Below are positions 62,793-64,000 of a stretch of DNA of 64,000 nucleotides, one piece after another. Origin of the DNA: a virus (lineage: Duplodnaviria; Caudoviricetes); IMG/VR virus record IMGVR_UViG_3300033066_001917, positions 32,001 to 96,000 of that record. One strand, written 5' to 3'. A model generated the notes under the pieces. That model had not been told where the DNA came from, made no database searches, and was given only the letters and a program-made list of their open reading frames with translations. Position 1 is the first letter of the stretch. Every line of letters starts with the position of its first letter. The translations under genes were made by a program, and so were the position numbers.

Positions 62793-64000
62793 TTTGGTGT
62801 TGTTGGACTTCCCGGAACGCTTGGTTGAGCCGTTGCCGCAGATTGTTTAGATAAGTGCCTCAGAAATTTTACGGACCCAAGTACCTCGTCTAGGGGCTCG
62901 TGCCTCAACCTACGGCACAGATCGTTAACATATGCGTGGGTCAAGTCATTTTCTTCGACCGATTTGACAATTGGTCCCCACATATCCGGGTTAACCCCAT
63001 AATGGTGGAGGAGATGACTGACAAGTTGGTGCGTTTCTTCTTTTGTGGGTACCGGGAATTCAATTGGTACATCAATCCTATCCGATCGAAGAAGGGCTGC
63101 ATCCAGTTTCGTAGTGTCATTGACGGTCAGAATGATGGCTGTTTTGGGGTGTGTCCCCTTTAATCTCTCCATGAGAAAAAGAATTCTTGCCCCAACGTCC
63201 TCTACTGGTGCCCGGTCCATATCGTCTACAACGAGGGTGTTTGGTTTGAGTACATCGAGTAGGTAACCAAAATCTTTTATCGCCATGAGATGGAGGGATG
63301 AGGCGTCAATTTTAACCGTTCTCCCTTCAAATTTCTGACCAAATTTAACCGCGAACGTGCTTTTACCTGTGCCGGGGGGGCCTAAACAAAGATAACATCG
63401 GTGGATACCGTCCTTAAGAAACTTGCGGTGCCTTGACGATAATACCTCAAGCTGATTTTCCGCTCTTTGGGACAGGATTGCTTGCACTGGGGGTATGTCC
63501 AGAACCGAAGTTTCTGATTTCCAACCACCCGGCTCTCGGACGACAGAAACGTAGATGCCGTTGGGGTGCTTCACCCACATTTCATTCACAACCATATCAA
63601 GGTTGAGGCCCCTTGATATGAAAAACCCACCATCTAAAACCAATCTGCCCATATACTGACATTCACGGAACGCCAGTCGGTCTCCGTTTCGGTTCACCGC
63701 TTCCACCATTGTTTCATTTTCCCCTACGGGAAGGCGGTTGATCCTAAAATGCTCCTTCATATCCGAATCAAAAAATAGTTTGACAAAGGTCTCACTTTCC
63801 TTTTCAATCATGTCGTATCTTTCTACCAGATCCCGGAATCGGTCACCATGCGCCCTGGCTTTGAGTGCGGCATCGGCGACGGCTAGACCTTTTGCTACCA
63901 TCTGAGCATACGTGTCTTCAGAGGTTGGGATTTTGTCCGCAACAAATGTACCAAACCTTAACAGGGGTAATGATCTGATGACTAGCTGGCGGGCTTTTGA
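62789..64000 (-). CDS. AAA+ ATPase (5' end probably outside the window)
   Basis: GPPGTGKS, LVVDDMD, TVN...LDAALLRSDRID; frame stays open to the window edge. Confidence 0.9.
   Translation of the reverse strand, partial: SKARQLVIRSLPLLRFGTFVADKIPTSEDTYAQMVAKGLAVADAALKARAHGDRFRDLVERYDMIEKESETFVKLFFDSDMKEHFRINRLPVGENETMVEAVNRNGDRLAFRECQYMGRLVLDGGFFISRGLNLDMVVNEMWVKHPNGIYVSVVREPGGWKSETSVLDIPPVQAILSQRAENQLEVLSSRHRKFLKDGIHRCYLCLGPPGTGKSTFAVKFGQKFEGRTVKIDASSLHLMAIKDFGYLLDVLKPNTLVVDDMDRAPVEDVGARILFLMERLKGTHPKTAIILTVNDTTKLDAALLRSDRIDVPIEFPVPTKEETHQLVSHLLHHYGVNPDMWGPIVKSVEENDLTHAYVNDLCRRLRHEPLDEVLGSVKFLRHLSKQSAATAQPSVPGSPTTPK

Noticed and set aside
1-64000. Genome-wide TAG reassignment (genetic code 15)
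   Set aside because: Large conserved genes contain no in-frame TAG, and TAG ends genes such as MazG at the expected length.
1-64000. CRISPR array
   Set aside because: No regularly spaced repeat-spacer series was found; the GTGGCGTG units are too short and irregular.

Overview
This window reads as part of a large, gene-dense tailed phage genome (jumbo/myovirus-like), roughly 50-55% GC by eye. Layout: (i) 1-2.9 kb, small minus-strand genes. (ii) 3-24 kb, a plus-strand accessory/metabolic block: dNTP pyrophosphatases, an intein-split ThyX-like gene, HU, tmRNA, MazG, a TIGR02452 macrodomain protein, tRNA-Pro and tRNA-Val, an HNH endonuclease and many small ORFs. (iii) 24-41.7 kb, a minus-strand block: a phage sigma factor, a pentapeptide protein, a T4 Rnl1-like RNA ligase, a 2H phosphoesterase, a 1262-aa methyltransferase-helicase fusion and an ATP-grasp protein. 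(iv) 41.7-60 kb, seven plus-strand baseplate/tail genes, several very large. (v) 60-64 kb, a Dam-like methylase, a degenerate dUTPase-fold protein, a double-Fis HTH protein, a tRNA with a CUA (amber-suppressor) anticodon and an AAA ATPase. Most notable: the amber-suppressor tRNA in a genome that still ends many genes with TAG; a sharply bounded ~1.93-kb high-GC insert (C5 methyltransferase plus a truncated partner gene) that splits a phage ORF whose halves rejoin in frame; nine copies of a TTG-N18/19-CGATAT promoter-like motif alongside a phage-encoded sigma factor; and a ThyX homologue that has lost the canonical RHR motif. All functional calls come from motif recognition by eye; no database searches were run.
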